This document shows positions 29,111 through 36,524 of a stretch of 36,524 nt of DNA, piece after piece. Origin of the DNA: Parcubacteria group bacterium (lineage in GTDB: Bacteria > Patescibacteriota > Minisyncoccia > Phycocordibacterales > Phycocordibacteraceae); NCBI GenBank assembly GCA_028286505.1, contig JAQBRK010000002.1, positions 1 through 36,524 of the forward strand, given 5' to 3'. Every line of letters begins with the position of its first letter. Positions within the stretch are counted from its first letter, which is position 1. The notes under the pieces are model-generated. The model did no database searches. It had not been told where the DNA came from and worked only from the letters and a program-made list of their open reading frames with translations. The translations under genes were made by a program, and so were the position numbers.

Positions 29111-31840
29111 ATGGAGGGACCGTTACGGCCACTCGGGAATCCCGAGGACGAACTGGCATATCTGCGTGCGCAGGTTGCTCAGAAGGAGGCGGAGCTCGCA
29201 GTAATGCGAGAGTCTCCTGCGCGCGAAGAAGTTGCGCATGAGCGTCTGGTGAGTCACCGCACGGCGCCCGAAGCCGTACTTACCCCCGAATATCGCATCA
29301 CTTCGGAAGTTGCGCGCGACCTTGCGAAGGGTCTCGACCCGGAGCAGAACGACGAGACGATAAAGGAACTTCGTCAGATAATGGAGGAGAAGGGAATCAA
29401 GAACGCGTTCACGGTTCTTGAGCGCCTGAATAGTCCGCATCTCGAAGACGATTTCCACCGCTTTCTGGTGCAGTACCTGCTTTCCGGTATGTCCATATCG
29501 GGACTCCCAGAAGGACAGCCTGCCTGGAAGGCACTGCGCATGACGCTCTATGAAATCGCGCTTCCGGAACCTGACGCAGGGGACGACCCGAATACGCGCA
29601 CCAAGCACCTCAAAGAAATAATTTCCGCGATGGAGCAATTCTATTCGGGCATGCTCTCGGTGGAACACGCTGACCCCAAGGAGCCCGCGTACTTTACGCT
29701 CGAGCTCGCCGTAGCGGTGAATTCCCCGACGCTCCAGTTCTATGCCGCCGTACCCAACGGCAAGCGAGACCTGTTCGAGAAGCAGTTGCTCGCGATATTT
29801 CCCGATGCACGCGTTGCCGCGCAACCGAACGACTACAACATATTCACGGAAGACGGCTCAGCTATAGGCTCCTACGCGACCCTCAAGGACCGTCCCATGC
29901 TTCCTCTCAAGGATTACGCCGACTTCGACTATGACCCTATCAACTCGATTCTTAACGCCTTCTCGAAAATCGCTCCGGAAGGAGAAGGGGCATCGCTCCA
30001 GATACTCATCAAGCCCACAGGACACCGCTACGTCGAGCATTACCGCCGCATACTTGCCGAACTGCGTAAGGGTGAGAACCGCTACAAGGCGTTCAATCTT
30101 CCCGAAACATTCGTGGGCGACCTCGCGCGCGAAGCGTTCAGTCTGCTGGGCTCTTCTAAGAAACCACTTGACCCGAACCAGGCTGATAAGGTCGCCATCG
30201 AGCAGCTCGAGAAGAAAATAATGGCCCCCATCGTCGAAACGAATATCCGTATCGTCGTATCGTCCCAAGACCCTTCCCGCGCGCTTTCCATACGTTCCGA
30301 ACTTGAGGCGTCATTCAATCAATTCGAGAACACGATAGGCAACCGACTTTCATTCAAGGAGGTCGCAAAGAACGACGCGAAGAAACTATTTCATAATTTT
30401 ACCTTCCGATTATTCTCGGCTTCGAGCGCGCTTGCGCTTTCGCTTCGCGAACTCACCACCATCTATCACTTCCCACCGAAGGGCATCGAATCCTCGCCGC
30501 ATCTCGCGCAGTCGCGCTTCACCTCGGCACCCGCTCCTGCGGTACTGCCGTCACAAGGTCTTACGCTCGGAACGAACGACTATCGCGGTGCGAAGACCGA
30601 CGTGAAGCTCACGCCGCTCGACCGCATGCGTCACCTCTACACCATCGGGCAAACCGGTACGGGAAAGACGTCGTTCATGAAAACGCTGATTGCCCAAGAT
30701 ATCGCCAACGGCGAGGGAGTCTGCTTCATCGATCCGCACGGCACCGACATTCTGGACGTGCTCTCGTTCATCCCGCCTGAGCGCTACGAAGACGTCATCT
30801 ACTTCGACCCGGCTGAGATATCACGCCCGTTCGGTCTCAACATGCTCGAATACGACGAAACGAAGCCGGAGCAGAAATCCTTCATCGTGAACGAAATGCT
30901 CGCAATATTCCGTCAGTTGTATGGGGATGTCCCGGAATCGATGGGACCCGCCTTCGAACAGTATTTCCGCAACGCTACACAGCTCGTTATGGAAGACCCG
31001 GCGTCCGGCTCAACCCTCATGGACATCGGTCGCGTGCTTTCCAACAAACCGTTCCGGGACCTCAAGCTCTCGAAGAGTAACAACCCGATCGTCAACCAGT
31101 TCTGGAACGAGATTGCGACCCAGGCAGAAGGGGAAGCGTCACTCGCGAACATCGTTCCGTACATCACGAACAAATTCGATGAGTTCACGGCAAACGACTT
31201 CATGCGTCCGATAATCGGACAGCAGGAATCATCCTTCAAGTTCCGCGACGTCATAGACAACAAGAAGATCCTGCTCGTGAACCTTTCGAAGGGTAGGCTC
31301 GGTGAGCGCAATGCGAACCTCCTCGGTCTCATTTTGGTTGGCAAGCTCTTCATGGCAGCGCTTTCCCGTGCCGATAATCCGAGAGGCGACTTCGCTCCGT
31401 TCTATCTGTACATCGACGAATTCCAGAACATCACGACGGATTCCATTCCCGGAATTCTTTCAGAAGCCCGCAAATACAAGCTATCGCTCACCATCGCGCA
31501 CCAGTTCCTTTCGCAGATAGACGAGAAGATACGGGATGCCGTGTTCGGTAACGTGGGTTCCATGGCCATTTTCCGCGTGGGACAAGAAGACGGCGAATTC
31601 TTCGAGAAGCAGTTCGCGCCGGTGTTCAAAGCAGGCGATTTCACTTCCATCGAAAATTACAACGCGTATGTAAAAATTCTGGCAGAAGGCGTGCCGCAGA
31701 AGCCGTTCAATATCCATTCGCTTCCGCCGGTTGCAGGCGACAAGGACCAGATCGACGACTTGCGAGAGCTTTCCTATCTCACCTATGGACGTGACCGTGC
31801 TACAGTTGAAGCATCAATACGAGCTCGTTATCTTTCCTAA
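29111..31840 (+). CDS. Type IV coupling protein-like (VirD4/TraD-type) ATPase with a large N-terminal domain of unknown function
   Basis: Walker A 'GQTGTGKTS' and Walker B 'FYLYIDEFQN', then 'ARKYKLSLTIAHQFLSQ'. No hydrophobic TM segment was seen. The ATG at 29111 is preferred to the GTG at 29081, because the GTG would make the inverted repeat coding. Confidence 0.8.
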   Translation: MEGPLRPLGNPEDELAYLRAQVAQKEAELAVMRESPAREEVAHERLVSHRTAPEAVLTPEYRITSEVARDLAKGLDPEQNDETIKELRQIMEEKGIKNAFTVLERLNSPHLEDDFHRFLVQYLLSGMSISGLPEGQPAWKALRMTLYEIALPEPDAGDDPNTRTKHLKEIISAMEQFYSGMLSVEHADPKEPAYFTLELAVAVNSPTLQFYAAVPNGKRDLFEKQLLAIFPDARVAAQPNDYNIFTEDGSAIGSYATLKDRPMLPLKDYADFDYDPINSILNAFSKIAPEGEGASLQILIKPTGHRYVEHYRRILAELRKGENRYKAFNLPETFVGDLAREAFSLLGSSKKPLDPNQADKVAIEQLEKKIMAPIVETNIRIVVSSQDPSRALSIRSELEASFNQFENTIGNRLSFKEVAKNDAKKLFHNFTFRLFSASSALALSLRELTTIYHFPPKGIESSPHLAQSRFTSAPAPAVLPSQGLTLGTNDYRGAKTDVKLTPLDRMRHLYTIGQTGTGKTSFMKTLIAQDIANGEGVCFIDPHGTDILDVLSFIPPERYEDVIYFDPAEISRPFGLNMLEYDETKPEQKSFIVNEMLAIFRQLYGDVPESMGPAFEQYFRNATQLVMEDPASGSTLMDIGRVLSNKPFRDLKLSKSNNPIVNQFWNEIATQAEGEASLANIVPYITNKFDEFTANDFMRPIIGQQESSFKFRDVIDNKKILLVNLSKGRLGERNANLLGLILVGKLFMAALSRADNPRGDFAPFYLYIDEFQNITTDSIPGILSEARKYKLSLTIAHQFLSQIDEKIRDAVFGNVGSMAIFRVGQEDGEFFEKQFAPVFKAGDFTSIENYNAYVKILAEGVPQKPFNIHSLPPVAGDKDQIDDLRELSYLTYGRDRATVEASIRARYLS

Positions 31841-31848
31841 TTTAAATC

Positions 31849-34605
31849 ATGGCATTTGAAAGAGCATCACAGAAAAAAGCACCGAAAGGTCTGGATTTCA
31901 CTCCTGACGTAAAAAAGAAACGCGCAACGATAAGCGTTGTACCTAAGATGAAAATTGAAAACAAGAAGGTAGAAAAAGAACCGAAACTGACGAAGGAAGA
32001 GAAGGTCTTGCAACGCAAACGTCGCGCGGCGGAAGCCCTCAAGAATTTCGACCCTCATTACGCCGCGCAAGCCACCGCGCACGACTTGGATACGGCGCAT
32101 CGCGACGGCATGGCTACCGAGCTCGCCACCATGGAACAGGCCCGCCAAGCTGTTGAGAAATTGCATGCCCGAGCGCTTGATAAGGAAGTGAAGGCTCTTG
32201 CTCAGGAGTACGCCATCAGCGAAAAAGATCCTAACAGTTGGGCCGAATATAAAGCGAAACTCGAAGCCCTTCTCGACAAGCACGAAGCACTGAGGGAGGA
32301 CCCGTTCGCTCCCTTTCAAGGCAGGGTCGCGTCGTCGAGCGAAGTTCCCGCTTTAAGCGAAGCCGACATTCTTGCGCAACAGAAACAGTCGCCTGAAGCT
32401 AACGAGCAAGGACCGATGAACGATAACGAGACACTCGAACCGCCTTCGAACGTTATCCCGATGAACAAAGTTGAGCCCGTTCGGGAACCACAACCGGTGT
32501 CGGGTAAAGCTACGGTCGAGGGAAAGCCTGTGATGACACCTCAAGAAGCTCTTGACTGGTACCACACGGAGTTTACTCCCGGGCCCGTACCACCACCGAA
32601 CATGACGCCGCAAGAATCATTGGATTGGTACCACAGCGAATTCGTTCCGTACCAGGATCGGATGCGAAAAACTTCACCCGAGGCCGCACCTTCTGTGCCT
32701 TCCGTACCAGCTGAACAAACGCCCGTCGCTCTGAATACAACTCCGGAAGTTCAACCCACAAAAAAAGAGAATGGTTTGAGTGCAGAAGCAGCATTCCGAG
32801 CGGATGACATGCGCCTCGCAGCGCTCGTCGAAGACCGTGAAAGAACGTATTTCGCGGCGCTGAAAGCAAGTCAGCGCTCACGCGGCTTCATGAGCGCGAT
32901 GGGTGCAAGGCTCGGCATCGCGAGCGGAAGGGACAATGACCCTGTCGGTCAGGTGGCCGCGTTCCGCAAAGCATGGGTAGAGGCGCGTGAAGAACGCACA
33001 AAAGCGATGCTTAATTCGATAGAAACGCGACGAGAAGGTCGCGGAGGTGCCGCGCGGAGCGAGCGCGACGCGACTACCGTCATTAGCAAGGGTCCTCGCC
33101 GAGGTAAGAACTATCTTGATACCGTACGTGCCCGATACCAACGCATGTACGTAATCAAAGAAACGGCCTTCGGTGCGGAAGAGGCGGAACAAAAGAACCG
33201 CTCCGAAGGACTTCGACTACGTGACAACAACTTCGTTGAAGCTTCCATGAAGGCCTATAACAAGCTCTCGCCGAAACAAAAAATATTCGTAAGCGGAGCG
33301 ACGGGCGCTGCTCTCACGACTGCAGGAATGTTCGGAGGTATTGTCCCGATGATGATCATTGGCGGCATGAGCGCATCTGCAGCCGGGATAAACATGGCCG
33401 CGGAACTCGCAAAAGACAAGAAATTCAATAAAACGGGCACCGTTCTGAATCACGTTGCGAAAGCAACGACCTTCGGCGGTGTGGGAGGGTTCTTCGCACG
33501 CGTGTTCGGTCGCAGGATTACAAAGGAAGAAAAGGCAGTGGCCGAATCGAAGCTTAAGGCTCAGGTTCACGGAGATCTCCGCGATTCCGGAGCCTTTGCC
33601 TCGCTTTCTCGCGAGCGCATACAAGCGGCTGCAAAGAAAGAAATGCTTGATAACCGCGTGACCACTATGGGTGTTGCGGGCTCGCTCGCCGCGAGCGTTG
33701 CCGGTGGCGCTGCCGTCGGTGCCGCGTTCGGGCATCAGCCGCCGTCAGGGGCACAGAGCGGTCACTATACCGGCCCACTCGGCAAAGATACTGCCTCTTT
33801 CGGATCGGGTGGAGGCGGCGGACACGCTGCAGAAGCACCGGCCGGTGTTCCCGCTGCTGCAGAACAGGCGGGAGTTCATGCGACTGGTCCGTCTCTGACC
33901 AATCATTCCGAAAGCATCAGTGCCCACATCAGCTACAAGGGCGAAGGAGTCGATAAGTTGTATGCCGATCTGCGTGAGCAAATCAGCGAGGCGTATCGGC
34001 ATGCGGGAGTGCGTCCTCCCGTCGTTGAGAAGATGCTCGAGTTCAAGACCATGGATGAGTTCTCGAAGGCTACGGGATTCGAGCAAGTGATGAAAGGCGG
34101 AGATCTTCACGGTGCACACGGACATGTCGATAGCGCCGTTATGCATATGGAGGGTAATGGACTTGCTGCCGACAAGCTTACCCTTTCGGCAGATCGTATG
34201 CAGGTCCTATATACGGATTCTCATGGCGCAGAACATGTGCTGATGCAGCAAACCCCGCAAGGCGAAGTGTTCACCTATGAGCAGCACGTACCGATGCGCG
34301 ACTATTCGCATACGGCCGGGAACGGGAACGAAGCCGCGCATGCGAGCGCGGCACACAAGGGCGACGCTGCAGGAGACGCCAAGATTGCCGAACTCAATCG
34401 CGCGCAGTTGGACACTCAAGCAGACGTAAAGGGAAGTGACGTGCAAGTTGAAACTGCACCGACGACACCTTCTGTAGACCATGTGAGAGCACCCGATGAA
34501 GTTGAAGGTCTTACTCCTCGTGGTACAACACCTTCTTCGGAAGTGGCACCGCACTCAAACGCTCCCACAAACGATAGTGCAATGATTGGTCGGCGCATAA
34601 GCTAA
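31849..34605 (+). CDS. Giant (918 aa) membrane protein of unknown function
   Basis: Starts 8 nt after the ATPase stop. It has a Lys/Glu-rich N-terminus, a duplicated 'MTPQE(A/S)LDWYH(T/S)EF' motif, central hydrophobic Gly/Ala-rich segments ('IFVSGATGAALTTAGMFGGIVPMMIIGGMSASAAGI', 'VTTMGVAGSLAASVAGGAAVGAAFG') and a soluble C-terminal region. Confidence 0.75.
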   Translation: MAFERASQKKAPKGLDFTPDVKKKRATISVVPKMKIENKKVEKEPKLTKEEKVLQRKRRAAEALKNFDPHYAAQATAHDLDTAHRDGMATELATMEQARQAVEKLHARALDKEVKALAQEYAISEKDPNSWAEYKAKLEALLDKHEALREDPFAPFQGRVASSSEVPALSEADILAQQKQSPEANEQGPMNDNETLEPPSNVIPMNKVEPVREPQPVSGKATVEGKPVMTPQEALDWYHTEFTPGPVPPPNMTPQESLDWYHSEFVPYQDRMRKTSPEAAPSVPSVPAEQTPVALNTTPEVQPTKKENGLSAEAAFRADDMRLAALVEDRERTYFAALKASQRSRGFMSAMGARLGIASGRDNDPVGQVAAFRKAWVEAREERTKAMLNSIETRREGRGGAARSERDATTVISKGPRRGKNYLDTVRARYQRMYVIKETAFGAEEAEQKNRSEGLRLRDNNFVEASMKAYNKLSPKQKIFVSGATGAALTTAGMFGGIVPMMIIGGMSASAAGINMAAELAKDKKFNKTGTVLNHVAKATTFGGVGGFFARVFGRRITKEEKAVAESKLKAQVHGDLRDSGAFASLSRERIQAAAKKEMLDNRVTTMGVAGSLAASVAGGAAVGAAFGHQPPSGAQSGHYTGPLGKDTASFGSGGGGGHAAEAPAGVPAAAEQAGVHATGPSLTNHSESISAHISYKGEGVDKLYADLREQISEAYRHAGVRPPVVEKMLEFKTMDEFSKATGFEQVMKGGDLHGAHGHVDSAVMHMEGNGLAADKLTLSADRMQVLYTDSHGAEHVLMQQTPQGEVFTYEQHVPMRDYSHTAGNGNEAAHASAAHKGDAAGDAKIAELNRAQLDTQADVKGSDVQVETAPTTPSVDHVRAPDEVEGLTPRGTTPSSEVAPHSNAPTNDSAMIGRRIS

Positions 34606-34609
34606 TGAT

Positions 34610-34912
34610 ATGAACGTAACCGACTCATACAACGCTATTCTAAGTTCCGTCGAATTCGACGAATTTACTCCCGAGGAACAGGAGACGTTCCTTCGTGACC
34701 TGAACTCACTTGTGTTCAGGGGCGCCGTGCTACGCACTATTGAACGCATGGACGAAGGCACTCGGGACGACTGGTACCGCTTTCTTGCACAAAACCCAAG
34801 TCAGGAGAAAATTCGCCTATTTCTTGAGCGCCGTGTTCCTGGAGCTGACCTCGCTATTGCCGAAACGGTTGAATCTCTCGCGGGTGATATACTTGCGGTT
34901 ACTACCTACTAG
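34610..34912 (+). CDS. Small acidic helical protein (100 aa; DUF5663-like, tentative)
   Basis: Starts 4 nt after the preceding stop, so it is probably in the same operon. The family name is from memory only. Confidence 0.55.
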   Translation: MNVTDSYNAILSSVEFDEFTPEEQETFLRDLNSLVFRGAVLRTIERMDEGTRDDWYRFLAQNPSQEKIRLFLERRVPGADLAIAETVESLAGDILAVTTY

Positions 34913-34921
34913 ATAAAGCAT

Positions 34922-35464
34922 ATGAACATTACTGCCACCGCTGTCGCCGTTACGCTCGCTGTCGTTATTTCCATGGCCTTTCTTTTCCTAGGTCCTAGCA
35001 TCTTCCGACCGTTCCAGCCGCAAGCGCGCGCGACCGTGGAGCAAGTAACTACCGATACTATGGCAACAACATCCGATTCAACATCCGCAGCTGCTCCACA
35101 AGGTCAGCCGCAAGGAGCAGCAGTCTCAGGACCACTTCCAACAAAACTTACTATTACCGATGAAATAGTAGGTACCGGCCCTGCTGCAAAAGCAGGAGAC
35201 ACCGTTACCGTTAATTATGTTGGCTCGCTTCCTGACGGAACCGTCTTCGACGCTTCCGCAAAGCATGGTCAGGCGTTCTCGTTCCAATTGGGCGCGCAGC
35301 AGGTAATCGCCGGGTGGGATCAAGGACTTGTTGGTATGAAAGTAGGAGGCAAGCGCAAGCTCGTCATTCCACCCGATATGGCATACGGCAACCGTGACCT
35401 CGGTGTGATTCCACCGAACTCCACGCTCGTGTTCGAAGTTGAACTTGTGAAGATCGGCCAATAG
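34922..35464 (+). CDS. FKBP-type peptidyl-prolyl cis-trans isomerase, membrane-anchored
   Basis: 'GDTVTVNYVGSLPDGTVFDAS' and 'GWDQGLVGMKVGGKRKLVIPPDMAYG', with an N-terminal TM. Confidence 0.9.
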   Translation: MNITATAVAVTLAVVISMAFLFLGPSIFRPFQPQARATVEQVTTDTMATTSDSTSAAAPQGQPQGAAVSGPLPTKLTITDEIVGTGPAAKAGDTVTVNYVGSLPDGTVFDASAKHGQAFSFQLGAQQVIAGWDQGLVGMKVGGKRKLVIPPDMAYGNRDLGVIPPNSTLVFEVELVKIGQ

Positions 35465-35488
35465 CGCACACTAGAGGGTATAAAAAAG

Positions 35489-35514
35489 CACCGCCAAGCA
35501 TGAGCCTGGCGGTG
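35489..35514. terminator. Bidirectional intrinsic terminator
   Basis: CACCGCCA...TGGCGGTG stem with inner GC pairs, an A-run upstream and a T-run downstream. Confidence 0.75.
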
Positions 35515-35553
35515 TTGCCTTTTTAAGGGGCGTGCGACCGAAGTCGCGAGTTT

Positions 35554-36468
35554 CTATTGCGAGTTGCTGTACCGACCGGTGCAGTAACCTTCGACGAGGC
35601 CGAGGTAGTCGGCGTACATCTCCAGCGACATGATGTTGAACTCGACGTGCAGTCCGTTCAGGTCCTGGGTGAGGACGCCGGCATCCTTAGTGATGAACAT
35701 CATCTTCTCCCAGGCGCGCGTTTGCGCCTGGCTTCCGATGGCTGCACCGGCCGTCATTGCGCCGTAGAGAGGGCTCGAAAGAAAGCCCATGGCGCCAGTG
35801 AACACGTTCGCGCCCGTGGCGGTGGCGTACGCATTCTTGATCGTCTTTTCCATGCCGATGTATCGGTCACGGATGGCCACGATTTCCGGTGCCTTGCCGC
35901 CGTACCGCCTCATCAGCGATGCGGCATGTGCGATGTAGGTCGAGGTCGAGGAGCAGAAATGGCGGTTGTCGCGTTCGACGGCGTCGAACGTTTCCATGGA
36001 CCAACCTTTCTTAGTCCATTCTTCGCGCGTGAGTTCCGTGGTCTGACGATCTTTCGCGAACGCGATCGCCGGATTGGGAGCCAAGCGCCGGCGATTGACC
36101 TCTTCGAGATCGCCGTCGACGATGACCGAGTCCCGAAGGTTTCGGCCCACGACAGGCCCGGTGGACTGTGGCTGAACAGCGCTCTCGTTGCCTCGCGGCG
36201 CGAAGGTCGCAGTCGTTTGGCCGGCAGGACCGTCGATCAGCGTGGTGTCGGCGACCATCACCGTGTTCCGGTGTTGGGTCGTCGGCGCGGGTTGCCAAGG
36301 GCTGGCGGACTGGACTGTGCCATAGATGGCACAGCTGTCGATCTTCCCATTGAGCATGATGGGCTTCACACAGGGCGCGGTTGCGGCCTGGGCGAAGCTC
36401 GACGTGCTGGCGATAGCGACGACAGCCAGGGCAAGCCCCAGCAGCGCCTTACAGGTTTGCTTGAGCAT
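35554..36468 (-). CDS. Secreted hypothetical protein (304 aa), compositionally atypical
   Basis: Signal peptide 'MLKQTCKALLGLALAVVAIASTSSFAQA'. G+C is much higher than in neighbouring genes. No domain recognised. Confidence 0.7.
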   Translation of the reverse strand: MLKQTCKALLGLALAVVAIASTSSFAQAATAPCVKPIMLNGKIDSCAIYGTVQSASPWQPAPTTQHRNTVMVADTTLIDGPAGQTTATFAPRGNESAVQPQSTGPVVGRNLRDSVIVDGDLEEVNRRRLAPNPAIAFAKDRQTTELTREEWTKKGWSMETFDAVERDNRHFCSSTSTYIAHAASLMRRYGGKAPEIVAIRDRYIGMEKTIKNAYATATGANVFTGAMGFLSSPLYGAMTAGAAIGSQAQTRAWEKMMFITKDAGVLTQDLNGLHVEFNIMSLEMYADYLGLVEGYCTGRYSNSQ

Positions 36469-36524
36469 GGGGATGCCCTTTCTGTTGCGGTTGAAATGCG
36501 GTGGTTCGCTTCTAACTTACAAAG

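Noticed and set aside
1-36524. Search by eye for CRISPR arrays, rRNA, tmRNA/RNase P/SRP signatures, transposases, integrases, reverse transcriptases (DGR or retron) and known defence-system genes.
   Set aside because: None was found. There are no regularly spaced direct repeats. No 'GAGGAAAGTCC'-type RNase P core or additional tRNA-like 3' end is present. No ORF carries DDE, tyrosine- or serine-recombinase, or RT motifs.

Overview
This is a bacterial chromosomal segment using the standard genetic code. I support 48 CDS, one tRNA, about a dozen hairpin terminators and two families of non-coding repeats. The gene content includes a soluble VirD4/TraD-like ATPase next to a giant membrane protein, an ECF sigma with a long anti-sigma-like partner, many small membrane or secreted proteins, and almost no metabolism. 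This is reminiscent of a reduced Patescibacteria/CPR-like genome, but that is inference only. Layout: (i) 1-6.1 kb is a housekeeping block: serS, ftsQ-like, dus, an orphan gene, dnaX and a membrane matrixin. (ii) At 6.1-7.1 kb an HTH/LAGLIDADG-like ORF runs into tRNA-Gln(UUG), and the tRNA 3' end is duplicated 139 bp downstream. (iii) 7.1-12.2 kb is a low-GC island of small unknown genes plus deacetylase, VOC and CYTH genes. It is punctuated by six same-orientation copies of a promoter-like intergenic module. (iv) 12.2-18.1 kb is a cluster of small-molecule tolerance and efflux type genes. (v) 18.1-28.4 kb holds secreted paralogs, rsuA-like, ECF sigma/anti-sigma, and CAX and VIT1 transporters. 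(vi) 28.4-35.5 kb holds an orphan gene and an operon of T4 coupling-protein-like ATPase, a 918-aa membrane protein and a small protein, then FKBP. (vii) 35.5-36.5 kb is a GC-rich secreted-protein gene. The most notable observations are listed here. Core genes look leaderless, with a TATACT-like box 6-9 nt before the start, whereas island and orphan genes carry Shine-Dalgarno leaders. The six-copy island module has breakpoints that coincide with gene-cassette boundaries. A twin 18/19-bp inverted-repeat element sits exactly on the -10 box of two unrelated genes, a DUF1653-like gene and the T4CP-like operon. The ATPase plus giant protein module is stand-alone. No CRISPR array, transposase, integrase or rRNA was seen.
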